Shown here: piece after piece, positions 30,984 through 42,853 of the stretch
Numbering within the stretch: the stretch's first letter is position 1
Layout of the letters: each line of letters begins with the position of its first letter
Assembly: GCA_049999805.1 (NCBI GenBank)
Contig: JBNGIO010006336.1
Span: 283,347-331,480 of the forward strand
Source of the DNA: Folioceros fuciformis
Taxonomy: Eukaryota
Direction of reading: 5' to 3'
Length of the DNA stretch: 48,134 nucleotides
The notes under the pieces: generated by a model
The model's input: the letters and a program-made list of their open reading frames with translations, nothing else
What the model was told of the DNA's origin: nothing
The model's database searches: none
Program-made: the position numbers and the translations under genes

Positions 30984-33766
30984 ATGGCGTACAAGGACGA
31001 GGAGGAGGAGGAGGAGGAGGTGGCGGAAGAGGTAGAAGAGGAGGAGGAAGAGGAGGAGGAGGAGGAGGAAGAGGATGAAGAAGAGAGGTCGTCCCGCAAG
31101 AGGAAGAAGCACAAGGCGGCAGCGTACATTGACGATGTGGCCGAAGAGGATGACGACGAGGAGGAGGAAGAAGAGACAGCCAGGAGGAAACGGCGAGTGC
31201 GGCGCGCGTCCGAGTTCATCGATGACGCGGCCATTGATGCCAGTGACGAGGAGGAGGAGGAGGAGGACGAAGAAGAAGAAGGTGCTGGCGGGGAGTTTGA
31301 TTCCTTGTTGCCTTTGCTGTGCTTGCTCTGTGCGGCCGGAAGAGAGCAACCGACCTGATGCGTGACTCTGCTGCAGGGTTCCTGGACGACAGAGGAGCTG
31401 ACCTGCCGGACGAAGTGGTGCCTACCAGCCGCATGCCGCACCGGAATCTGCTACCTGGAGACGACCAGCAGGAGAACGTGGATGATTTGGAAAATTTCAT
31501 CAAGCAACGCTACGGCGGTGGGCACGACTACGGGGAGTACGAGGATGCGGAGACCACGGAGGTGGAGCAGCAGGCTCTGCTGCCGTCGATCAAGGATCCC
31601 AAGCTGTGGATGGTCAGGTGCCAGGTATGAAGTGGTGGCTTTCCGCTCAGATGGCGGCGCCGAAAGGTAAAGTTGCGCAACTCTTCTCAAAAGTTGTCGC
31701 GGCTGTTGAGTGTGCAGGTGGGACATGAGCGTGAAGCTGCTGTCTGCCTAATGCAGAAGTATCTGGATCTGGAGCACCAGGGCCAATCACTGTCCATCAA
31801 GTCCGCCATTGCGCTTGACCACCTCAAAGGACTGTTCTATGTGGAGTCGGAGAAAGAGGCTTACGTGAGGCAGGTGTGTGGCTTGCAATTCTGCTTAGGG
31901 CCAGCCCTCGGTAGTTAGAGAGACTTGAGTATTCACTTCGTGTGGAGCAAGTAGGCGATGGTATTAAGATGTTGTGGATAGCAGGCTATCAAAGGAATGC
32001 GGATGATCTTTCAGAGCAAAGTCACTCTCGTTCCGATCAAGGAGATGACAGATGTGTTGTCAGTGGAGAAGAAGACCATTGACATTGCAAACGAGAGCTG
32101 GGTCAGAATAAAGAGCGGCGTCTACAAAGGTGACTTGGCAAAGGTAGGGTGGTTGGCGCGTTTTGCATACTATTCTTCGTTTCAAGACTTTTCACCAAGA
32201 GGAGCTGAAAATTCCATCGTGTGTTGCTGGAATCAGGTTGTGGACGTGGATCATGTAAAGCAGAGGGTGAGGGTTATGCTGATCCCCAGGCTTGATCTGC
32301 AAGCTCTTGCTGCTAAGCTCCAGGTAAGGTATGTGCCTACTAATTGGAGTTATTATGTGTTGGTCCCTTCATTCAGGGCGGGCATATCACGATCCACACT
32401 GAAAGCGGGTTTTCCTAACTTGACATGCAGGATGATAGAGATGATAGGGACAAAAAGAAGACTTTAAGACCAGCGCCACGATTTTTGAACGTTGAGGAGC
32501 TCAAGTGGGCCATCCCTCTCTCTTCCAGGACGTCTCTTGTTCATGCAGCACGTTCAAGCTGCCGCATCAATCTGAGCCAAATTGTTGCTGCCTTGCAGAG
32601 ATATGAGAATCCCTGTGGACCGTAGGCGTGATGGAGCAACGGGAGAACTCCTCGATGTTTTCAATGGGATGACTTTCAAGGATGGTTACCTCTACAAGAT
32701 GGTCTCTCTTAAGAGTGTGGATACCAACGTGGTCCCAACTTTTGATGAGCTGCAGAAATTCCAGAAACCTGGAGAAGATGGCAGTATAGATGCAATGGGG
32801 CTTCCTTCAGCCTTGTCCTCAAAGCAGAGGGGCAAGCTGATGAAAGGTGATGCTGTTGTGATTATCGAAGGGGACTTGCAGAATTTGATGGGATATGTGG
32901 AAAAGGTGGATGAAAACACAGTATATATCCGTCCAAAGGATTTGTCGCTGAAGGTAATTTTTTATCTCTAGTTGGTTTTTTTATCCACTTCTCTGTAGGA
33001 TACAGCAGATCACTTGACAGTAGGCGATGAACTCTCTGATGAAGACTTTGCTCAATGAACGCTTTGATGTGACAGGAAACAATTGCGGTGAATGAGTCAC
33101 AAGTGCGGAAATTCTTCAAGACCGGGGATCATGTGAAGGTGATCAGAGGGGCTCATTTAGGATCTACGGGAATGGTGGTTAAGGTGAACCACCATTCAGT
33201 GGTTCTTCTGAACGACACCACGAAGGAGGATGTAAGTGGCTTCATGCACCAGTGGGGTTTACATGTTCGTGTCGTGTGGACTTGGATCACGGCCCAACGA
33301 TGCTTGTGCAATGCTGTGACAGATTCAAGTCTTCACAGCGGATGTAGTGGAGAGCTCAGAGGTCACAACAGGTCTTTCGAAGTTGGGGGATTATGAACTA
33401 CATGACCTTGTTCTACTGGAGTAAGATCATGTTTGCCTCCATTCCAGTAATTGCCCAAATTTCAATACTCTCTGATGCGGGAGGGTTGTTTGGTTCTGTT
33501 TGGCAGCCAAGCAACTGTGGGTGTCATCATCAGGGTCGAGCCAGATGGTTGTCAGGTATCAAGAAGATCAAAAGCACTGGTTCCTGTTACTTTCTCCTCA
33601 AGGGTTTGTGGTGAATCAGATGGTTAACTCTTGTTGTGGGTTGGAGTGACCTGTTGCAGATTCTGAAAGGCAACACTGAAAAGGCAGAGGTGATTACTGT
33701 TAAGCAGAGGGACATGAGGAAGAAAATCTTTGACAGGAAGGCATATGCTGCTGACGGGGATGGGAA

Positions 33767-33812
<46 letters not shown>

Positions 33813-36688
33813 AAGGTACTTCTTCTGTACAGTGGAAGGTGTGATTATTCTCTTGTTGACATCAGTCAGCTATCTTCAGTCTTGGTGTAGCTGATGCATG
33901 TGATGTACAGGGAAGACAAGGACCAGTGGAGCATATCAACCGCAGCATCTTATTTATATATGATCGGCATCACTTAGAGAATGGTGGCTTTTTTTGTGTC
34001 CGATCACAGGCCTGTGTTGCTCTTGGTGGTACAAGAAGTGGGAATGAACGAGTGGTACGTCCTCTGTTATATTTGTTGAGCCTGTAGAGGATATTGGTTA
34101 AACAGGAGGGTTGTCTGGTTTTTGGACCCTAACGATGTTTGAGCCTGCCTTGATGATTGCATTGGGGTTCGGGTGTGATGATTGTGTTCGGGAATCTGGA
34201 TGATGTCCTTCCATTTTATCCTGTCTGTAACTGTGAATGATGTTTGGAAATATTGTAGAAAGCTGTCACTTCAAGTTTCAGCGACCTACACCCTCCATCT
34301 CGGTACCTTCAGTCACCACGGCGAACTCCTCTGCGGGATGTTTATCAACCTCAAGGTGGTGGGTCCTGTGCATTTGAGTTGTCTTCTGCAGCCCGCCATC
34401 TGTGATGTGCATGGTTTCCCAGGTGGAGCAGAGTTACTGAAAGGATAGTCTGCAGGCTTTGGAGGAGGTTATGGTGGCCGAAATGGGGGTCATGCCCGAA
34501 GAGATGAGGGGCTCGTTGGGAGGACAGTAAAAATAAGATTGGGACCGTTTAAAGGTTACCGGGGCCGTGTAAAGGATGCTACCAGCACCACTGTTCGAAT
34601 TGAACTAGAGTCTCAAATGAAGGAGGTAACAGGTAAGCCTCTGTTTTGGTGAAAATGTTTGCTCACAACTTCAAACTGCCCGGGAGGTGCGCTCTATGTA
34701 GTATTTTGAGTCTTACCGTGTATCTGATGTGGCAGTACGGCGAGATCAACTCTCAGACATTGGGGACATGCCTATGGCTTCGAGTTCCTTCAGGTGTGTG
34801 CTACTTTCATGTACTCAAGTTAGTAGCAGGGAAAGATGGCTTGTTGGCAGAATTTTCACCTTCTAGTTTCTACTTGCAGGGAATCACCTAGATATGGACT
34901 TGGTAGTGAGACACCTATGCATCCTTCCAGAACTCCCATGCATCCAGGCTCCTTCATGACTCCCATGCGGGATCCATCAGGTTAATATGACTAATTACTC
35001 TGGCCGTGTTGACGTGACCTTGAATTTGTATGATCAATGCCCTGATGGTTCTTGTTTCGCAGCAACTCCTATTCATGAGGGGATGCGGACGCCAATGCGG
35101 GATAGAGCTTGGAACCCACATGCTCAAATGACTCCTTTGAGGTTTGTGTTTCTAGCATCTTGCCCAGGTTGTACACAGGATTCATTTCTTGCCCACTGTC
35201 CACTTCAGTTCTGTTGTTCTGAGCCTGCTGTGCCATTGGCTTCTTAGTATATGTGAATGCATCTATTAGGACTGCTTTGCTGCCTGACTGCAGAGTGTTG
35301 TAGAGCCGGGTGCTTCACAAGCTCCCAATCCTCAGGCCCCTGGAAGTTTTATCTTATGTCTGTCCTCTGATGTAAACTCAAAAACTGATGATCTTTGATC
35401 ACAGAGTGGTGGCAGGCTCCCCTTTCCCCTCGCTTTTTTCCTTTTCGTTCTATTACTTCTCTTCTCGTTCTATTTTCTGTTTCCCCGGTCTTTTGTCTTT
35501 TAAGTCGGGGATCACCTGCCGAGAACCACTGCTGATGTTCTAGCTATGAGAGCTGAGGACAAAGTCTGGATTAAAACTTGGATCATGCTTTGCGGGCGTC
35601 AAGGTGGTAGGACCTTGCTTAGTCTGGGTTCGAGTGTCTGTGTTGGTTGTGGACAGGGATAATTCTTGGGATGATTCCAATCCGAGCACATGGAATGCGT
35701 CTACACCACAGTATCAGGTGCCACATATGATATACGAATCACACTATTAGGTTTATTATTTGTCTGCGAACACCTGGGTGATAATACTTGTACTTCTATG
35801 TGCACCAGCCTGGAACACCTGGTGGGCGGCCGTATGAAGCGGCAACACCTGGTGCTAGCTGGGCGAGCACACCTGGACCTAGCTACAGCGAAGCTACTCC
35901 TGAAAGCTCTGTGCGCAGTTATGGTATGGCGCACACTCCGTTTCCTGTGCTTCAGCGTGTTGAGTTCCTTGCCTGGCAGGGATATGCATTCTGGTCCTAT
36001 TTTTGACGTGTGTGTTCACTCCCAGGAAACGCTCCAAGTCCATACATGTCAGGGCCTGGTGGCCCACCAATGACTCCTGGTGCCCCCGCATTCCTCCTCC
36101 CTGGTACTCCTGGCCAGCCAATGACTCCAGGCACTGGGTCCCTGGAACCTCCGTCACCAGCGTCAGGTTGGTTATTCCTACTTTGAAGCGGATTGTGATA
36201 ATCTGGGTTGGATTTGGCACTGAAGTGTATGCGGTGTTTTTTGTCCGACAGGAGTGAGCAGCCACGACGCAGAGAGCAAATGGGGACTTCCAGACGTTAT
36301 TGTTACGGTTCGAGCTCATGGTATTGGAGTCATTCGCGAGGTTTTAATGGTGAGACACTGCAGTAGTGCTTGCGTGCGGTCGGGCATACATTTGATGCTT
36401 GGTTTTTTGGAAAAGGTAACAATTTTCATTCTGAACAAACAGGATGGCAACTGCACCGTGGCATTAGGAATGGCTGGTGACGGTGAGACTATCATTGCTA
36501 GCCACACGGAAATGGAACTCGTATTACCTAAGAAGACGGACAAGATTAAGATTGTCTTGGGTGAACTTCGTGGCAGCACCGGAAAGTTGATTGGCATCGA
36601 TGGTGCCGATGGAATAGTGAAGATGGACGAGACTCTTGATATTAAGATTCTAGATATGAGTAATCTTGGGAAAATGCTAGCGACGTAG
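30984..36688 (+). CDS. SPT5: Transcription elongation factor SPT5, canonical copy B
   Basis: Acidic N-terminus, NGN (QQALLPSIKDPKLWMVRC, ALDHLKGLFYVESEKEA), KOWs (FKTGDHVKVIRG, KIRLGPFKGYRGRV), plant CTR (SETPMHPSRTPMHP...TPMRD, TPIHEGMRTPMRDRAWNP, PGTPGQPMTPG), C-terminal KOW (PKKTDKIKIVLGELRGSTGKLIGIDGADGIVK). One exon carries a 44-nt poly-A that looks artefactual. Confidence 0.95.
35361..35561 (+). ncRNA. Intronic box C/D sno/scaRNA (SNORD97/SCARNA97-like), predicted guide for Cm34 of pre-tRNA-Met(e); copy B
   Basis: Stem TGTCC/GGACA; box C CTGATGT (35367-35373); D'-like CAGA; hairpin AGTGGT-GGCAGG-CTCCCC / GGGGA-CCTGCC-ACCACT closing a ~80-nt C/T-rich loop; C' CTGATGT; guide TAGCTATGAGA (35541-35551); box D CTGA (35553-35556). 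Confidence 0.82.
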
Positions 36689-37249
36689 AAAGACCACCCG
36701 TTGCCCGTACCTCCATCGGCTGCATCAAGTATGTTGGATGTCTTTCGTGATGGATTACTTTATAATTTTGAGTATGTCCACAGTTTCGTTCGATGTCGTT
36801 CCGCACTGCCGAGTACCATGACGTGGATGTGGTGTAATTTAACAGATGGATGGAGGCTATCAATTAGGGGGTTTCAAATCTAGGCCGTTGCTCAAAACAT
36901 ATCAGCCTCATTTCCAGGCCGCATCGGGTCTGATCCTCTAGCTCAACCCGAATCAGTCCATTCAATCATGAGTTCCCGCTTCGAAATTGTTGTCACATTG
37001 CGTATATGTCTCGCCTGTTGCACACCAGTTTGCGTGACCAGAAAACATTGCACACACACCAGTTCGAGGCAGGTAGCATCGGTACCGCTCAAAATTTGAA
37101 TATGTGGCTGGTGGTGCTTGCGTTGCACACTGAAAACTAGCGGCCTCCTCTAGCTGCATGATGAAAACTTGCAACCTCCTCTCGTTACACGCCAGAAACT
37201 TAAGTGGCCTCGGATCCGCATAGTGATCCGCTCCTCAACTATCACAAAT

Positions 37250-38450
37250 TCAAGGAGAAAGAAAGCTACCATTGCAGTTGGGAAGAAACCAAATTTGCAA
37301 CGAGAAGATTATGAACGGATTCTCACATGGTTGGAGCATCCACCCAATTATGCCATGTGTTTCGGTGCACTTGGCCAAACCAGTATTGGCGAGCCACTCC
37401 GCAATGCTATGAAGGGCGTCAGCATGCTGGCAGAAGTAGTTAGCGAAGGCAGTAAGGGGCGATTATGTCTTGGTGTAAAAAGCATGAAGGAAAGATTTGC
37501 AACTTACAAAGCTAGGTACATGGAAGGCAAGAGAGACAACGGATAGTACAGGTTTTGCTGTTTCTGCAGATGACCTAAAGAGTGGCATTTTTATTGTTGC
37601 ACATAAACTAGACACCATGTGTGCTTGGTTTCATCGAATGGACTCTCTGCTTGGAGCCAAAGCAAATGTGGAGGCCCTATTTGAGCTTGATGGTGGATTG
37701 CATCAGACAACAGGAGTCCAACTGCAAGCTCCTTTGGCTGGAGAATTTCTCCCGCCCTTGAATGAAAGCATTCAGGACTCTAACATAGCCCCTAGTTTGA
37801 ATGAAGGGGACTCCCAATTTCTAGATAAAGATGAATCTAATATTCCTGATGAATGTAAATCTCAACTTCCACATTATGTGAACTTGGATGAGGACAATCC
37901 TCTACCTAGCGAAGTTGCTAATGGTGAAGAGGCTTTCCATATCAGGCTTAGGAAAAAGTATCAGGAACCTAGTTCTTCTCCATTTGTGAAGAAACGTGTA
38001 AGAACAACACCTACAGATGAGCACAAAGCTCCTCCTAAGCTAGGTATTAGATCAAGTGTGGGAGCATCTAAAATGCTTTTGCTGCTACCTACCGAGATGC
38101 AACCATTACAAAAGCTATATGTAAGTTGTTACCAACTTGCAACCACTATGTTCAACACAATTTGTTTTTTTTCTTTTAACTTTGCTTCTAAATGCTCCTA
38201 ACTTTCACAAGCAAGTGTATTATTGATTCAGAGAAAATGGAGCTTTCAAGGGAGGAAAGTCAATCCAAATTGAGGTGGGAGAAGGAAAAGAGAGAGATTG
38301 GATCGAAAAGAGGAGCAAGCACTATTACGGCAACAACGCAAGGAAGAGGTTGATGAACGATTGAAGATGCAAAAAATATTGCTCATTCAAACTACGGTGC
38401 AGAAGGGCTACGACAACCAACAACTCGAGCACATGCTGAAGTTCATTTGA
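37250..38450 (+). pseudogene. PIF/Harbinger accessory (Myb/SANT-like) ORF, frameshifted
   Basis: DYERILTWLEHPPNYAMCFG...MKERFATYKARY / STGFAVSADDLKSGIFIVAHKLDTMCAWFHRMDSLLGAKANV, then an acidic linker and a coiled-coil-like tail. It lies convergent with the transposase, the usual Harbinger layout. Confidence 0.7.
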
Positions 38451-38559
38451 GTAGTGGAAACTTAACTTCTCTTGTAGGTGTTATGTGAAGAAGGATAGAT
38501 AAGGCTTGCAAGGTGTGTGGAAAATGTTGTCTTTATGATTTTGGTGCACGTGACAACAG

Positions 38560-39700
38560 TAGAATTCCTCGGTTGTAATTATTTGAAGAGTTGTTTTCCT
38601 TAAAGACTCTCTGAATGTTTCAGCATGATCACAACCAACCCCAACTACGTCACCAAAAGAATCTACATGGTCAGTTGCCTCCAAGAGCATGTTTGTCCAT
38701 GCATCACCTAGGTGGGCTAACATGTTGTGAAGGACACAACATGCTGCAACCCAATAGACTGCACCTCATGTATCATAGTGACATTTTATTTGTTGTCTCG
38801 TTTCTCACAAAGAGGCTCAACAAGACTTCAAAATTCCTATCAGTGCTCATTCCTAACTCTACTCTTAGCACGGTAGAAATTAAATTCCGCATTTTTTAAC
38901 ACATTTGATGTAGGAGACTTGTATGAGGGTAAGCAGTTAGCAGACAAATGGTAAGCAGAATCTGCAAGTATGTACTTCCTTGGTGAAAAGTGAGCTTGAG
39001 GGTCCTTGTATAGTTTCATGCGAGGGCAGTGATTTGTTTGTCCATCGCAAACAACTTGTATGTTGATGGAATACCTACCAAACATGGTAAGTGCTAATTC
39101 AACACTTGTGTATGCAGGATTAGTCATAATATCAGAAACAGAAACCTCAACATAGTACCTTATCTTTCGATTAAATATACTTCATCGTCTACCCCTAGTT
39201 TCTATGATGATGGTAATGTGCTGCCATCTAGGAAGCCCACACACCGGAAAAACCTTCCTCTTGCATGACATGACCAACTTCACAGCATCGTTTTGCAGTG
39301 AGCCATTTCAGCCATATGCTAAATTGGGCAAGTATAGCTTCTATCACTCTGCTGGTAAACAAGAAAACAGTCCCTGCTCCAACACAAAATACAGCTCGCA
39401 TCTTGCCCACACTTGCTCCAGTGCCATTGGCACCCAACCTACAGAGGGTCAAAGCTAATTGCCAAGCTGGGCTGTTTGGGAAAACCTAGAATCGTTGTTG
39501 AAGACCAAATGCCTCTCAAGGATTATAAATAGTGACAAGAAGCCTTGGCGGGAGGTATGAAATACTTGCCTAAATTCATCATTAGCAATCATGGGGAAAT
39601 AGTTTGAAAAGAAGTGCTCTAAATGATGTCTAGGCTCTCGAGCAGACAGATACCGGGAGGCACAAGTAAGGAAGAGAAGGTAAACAACCTCATCTTCATC
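38560..39700 (-). mobile_element. PIF/Harbinger DDE transposase (DDE_Tnp_4 type), decayed, with an intron
   Basis: LALTLCRLGANGTGASVG...GAGTVFLFTSRVIEAI...VMQEEGF, VGFLDGS, EVYFNRKIR|YSINIQVVCD (intron ~39082-39158), YILADSAY, EFNFYRAKSRVRNEH*IGILK. Contains stops, frameshifts and an internal deletion. Confidence 0.85.
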
Positions 39701-40099
39701 AGACGATTTCTAAGGATAAGTCACGCATAGTAGCCAGAACAATCCACTGGGTAAGGTCGCTTAAAAATTGTCGCTGAATCTCATATTTGTAAAGCATGTA
39801 TGTTGGAAGATAGCGCATCCAAAGGGAGAGAAGCTAGGAACTCGCAGCCATGAGAACGCACTTGTGACTCACGGGTCAGTAAATTTGTGTAGGGCTTTAT
39901 AACTTTAGGCACGCCTGTAAGGTGGTCGCACTACACTCTGAAACCTCGTTGGAGTGAAAACCCTAGTAACTCACACGTGATGGGTTTAGTTAAATAGTCC
40001 TGGTCTGGCAACGGGAGTGCTAGCAAGCGGCCCTTTCGTGGCAGGGCATGCCGATATCGCAACCTGTCATCACCAATTTCAAGGGTACACTTGCCTAAT

Positions 40100-41800
40100 G
40101 TATATTTTGACTACGTATGTAGATATTGGTGCTCATATGGACCAAAAGATTTCAGAAAAGGCACCACACCCAAGAATATATGCATAAAAATTGGATGTAT
40201 GACAAATTTTGTTGTAAAGCAGTTGCTTTTATTTTCAAATGTGGCTCAAATCCTCCTTTGTGAAGGAGCGCATGTACATCGCGGATGTGAGGCTTGTCAT
40301 GGCCCGCAATATGTGGGTCATTCTAAAATGTTTAGAGCTCCTTGGCTTTCGAGAGAGAAGAAAAACTGAGTGAAACATTGTCTTTATTGCAAGGTTTTTG
40401 TGTCGAAGATTATGCATTGACAAATTGTAGTTGTGTATGAGAAGATGGGGCGCTATACAGGACATGGACCTGGAGGTGACATTCAAGATGACTACTTACA
40501 ATACATGAAATGGTAGGAGGAAGTAGGTGGGTGAAAACTCCATGCGATGATGCCAGTCCACCGAGATGTGGTTGAAAGTGAATGCTAATCTTATCTTCCA
40601 TAGGTCAGAACCTGGTCAACCATTCGTTTTAGGATTGAAAACTTTTTTAATGTGGCAAATGTTGGTGAAGCATGGGATTACTAGTGTTTTAGCCATGAAT
40701 GCCACATTTGGTATGAAAAAGTATCGATACCACTTGTTCACTGTAATGGTTTTTGATCAACACCTAAATGGTATTCTAGTTGCTTGGGCACTAACACAGG
40801 AGGCTACTATCATTTCTCTAGTGTCATGGTTGAAGCTACTTCAACAAATAGCTCTCCACACGTTTGCAACATGGGTTCCTAGTTATTTTTTAGTTTATGA
40901 TTGTTTGGTAGAGATAGGTGCATTCAAGTAGGTATGAAGGGCACATATACATGTTGTTTTATGCTTAGGGCATGTTAGGAAAGCATAGCAACATAACCTT
41001 TTAAGGAAGGTGAAATGTAGTATTACAAGGAAGAAAATTTGGGCTACTCTTATAGAGATTATGTATGTGAAAGGCCGTGGTACATATGAAGATGCATGAG
41101 GTAGTGTATTATTAGAGTTCTTTTATAAGGAGTGGTATGGACGCTATTCGGCGTTTGTTGATTACTTCAAGAAATAGTGGGGTGAATCTATAGGTATCTT
41201 GCTCTTGTGAAGCTATGGGTATCTTGGTCTTGTGAATCTATAGGTATCTTGCTCTTATGTTGTAATTTTGTTTTGGTTATGTAAGGGTTGTATTCTTGGA
41301 CGTATGTTGTGTGAGGGGTATTATGGTATGTGTTTAGTTTTTTTTTTTTTACCAGGTTCGTGATTGAAGAATTACAAGTTGTATCCTCATTCCAGACAAG
41401 ATACCACATTTTATCGCTTTTGGAAAGAGTCTCTTTTACTAGAGGAGCGTGGCTAGGAAGGCGTATGGATTGGCTTTTGCATCAACTAGTGAATGAAAGA
41501 GGACGCCATTATTTGTACCTTAATTTCACTAAGGCTGGGGATTATAGACCAAATTTGAAGCCAGAGAAGATATATGAACATGATCTATTTGCAGCGAGAA
41601 CCATTCCAAACACAGTTGTCACATTTCTGATGGATGATGGGCCTATTATTACATATTGTATGTCCTCTAAAAATAGCGAGAGAATATATGTTATTGAGGC
41701 AACACACTCACCGTGGGTGTTTTGTAGTTGTGTGATGGGGCAAAAAGGTTTCTATGCAAACATGTTGTGAAGGTGCAACAGGTTTGTGGTGTATTTAAAC
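40100..41800 (+). mobile_element. Mutator-like (MULE) transposase remnant with SWIM zinc finger
   Basis: RYWCSYGPKD...KIGC; PFVLG...AMNATFGMKKYRYHLFTVMVFDQHLNGILVAW...WVPSYFLVYD...EIGA; GRRMDWLLHQL; CSC...G.LCKH across a frameshift. Many stops. Confidence 0.8.
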
Positions 41801-42853
41801 ATACTTCTCATGTTTTGCGCCTTGCATGATGTACCGATGGATATCATGGTGGAGCACAGGAAGGAGGGAGTGCGTTACCTGACCTGAATGTTGTTGACTC
41901 TAATGTTGTTGTTCAGACTGATGTGCTAGAAATGCCTAACCTATAGGATGTAATGGTGCAAAGCACGACTTGCAGTGTGACACCTAGCTTAAGGCACTCT
42001 AGAAATGTGAAAGAGTTCAAGCTGAAAAGACGTTGAGACTTGGATGTAATATGTAGGAATATTCTAAGCATGGTGAAAGCAAAGCCTGATATTTTTTTTG
42101 AGGTTTGTGCAATAATGCCCTTGTCATGTTGCTTTAGGCCTCGTCTATCCAAGCCACAACCTTCCTTATATCATGGAATTGGTCCCAAACAATGGAACGA
42201 ACAGGTTGGTACGATTTGGAGTCGTTGAAGAATGGTCATGGCCAAGGAAGAAGAAAGGCACTCGGCAATTGTAGAGGATACCACTACGTCATGATACTTG
42301 TAGTGGTTTTATTTAAACTACTAGGTTGGGGAGGAGATTGTTTTGCTCATTCTGTGTTTCAATTTTTGTTTGTTGGATATAAGTTTTTGGTTGATGTGTA
42401 GCTGGGCTACATTGATGTTTAATGTGGTTGTGATATTGGTCAGCTGGTGTGGTGTTTAGCCGGATTGCTTTGGTGTTCAATCAGGATATGATGGTGTCCA
42501 GCTGATTTAGTGTTCAGCTCGGCTGATTTTATGTTCAGTCGGGCTGTGCTTATCAAGCCGGCTATTTTCTCTTTTCATTAATAGAAAATAGATTTATGTT
42601 ATTAAGATAATAATCTTCAAACTCATTCTATTCTTCCCATGTGCCCAATCCATGGAATGCCGACGCTGTACGACAGCACACATTTGAATTAGGTCGATAC
42701 ACAATTTGAATATCTTGCGGGACGAGGGTGGGATGACCTACTTGAGCTCCTCAACGTTGGAGAGATCGTCGAGTTGATCTCCAAGTCTTGGGAGAAAGCA
42801 TTGAGTCCGTCCTGTCTCCAAAACAACAGTAGCTCCCTACTAGGCTGTTGAAA

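Noticed and set aside
36862-39970. TAGGG..TTTCA / TGAAAACCCTA as Harbinger TIRs
   Set aside because: The match is short and imperfect and there is no clean TAA/TTA duplication.
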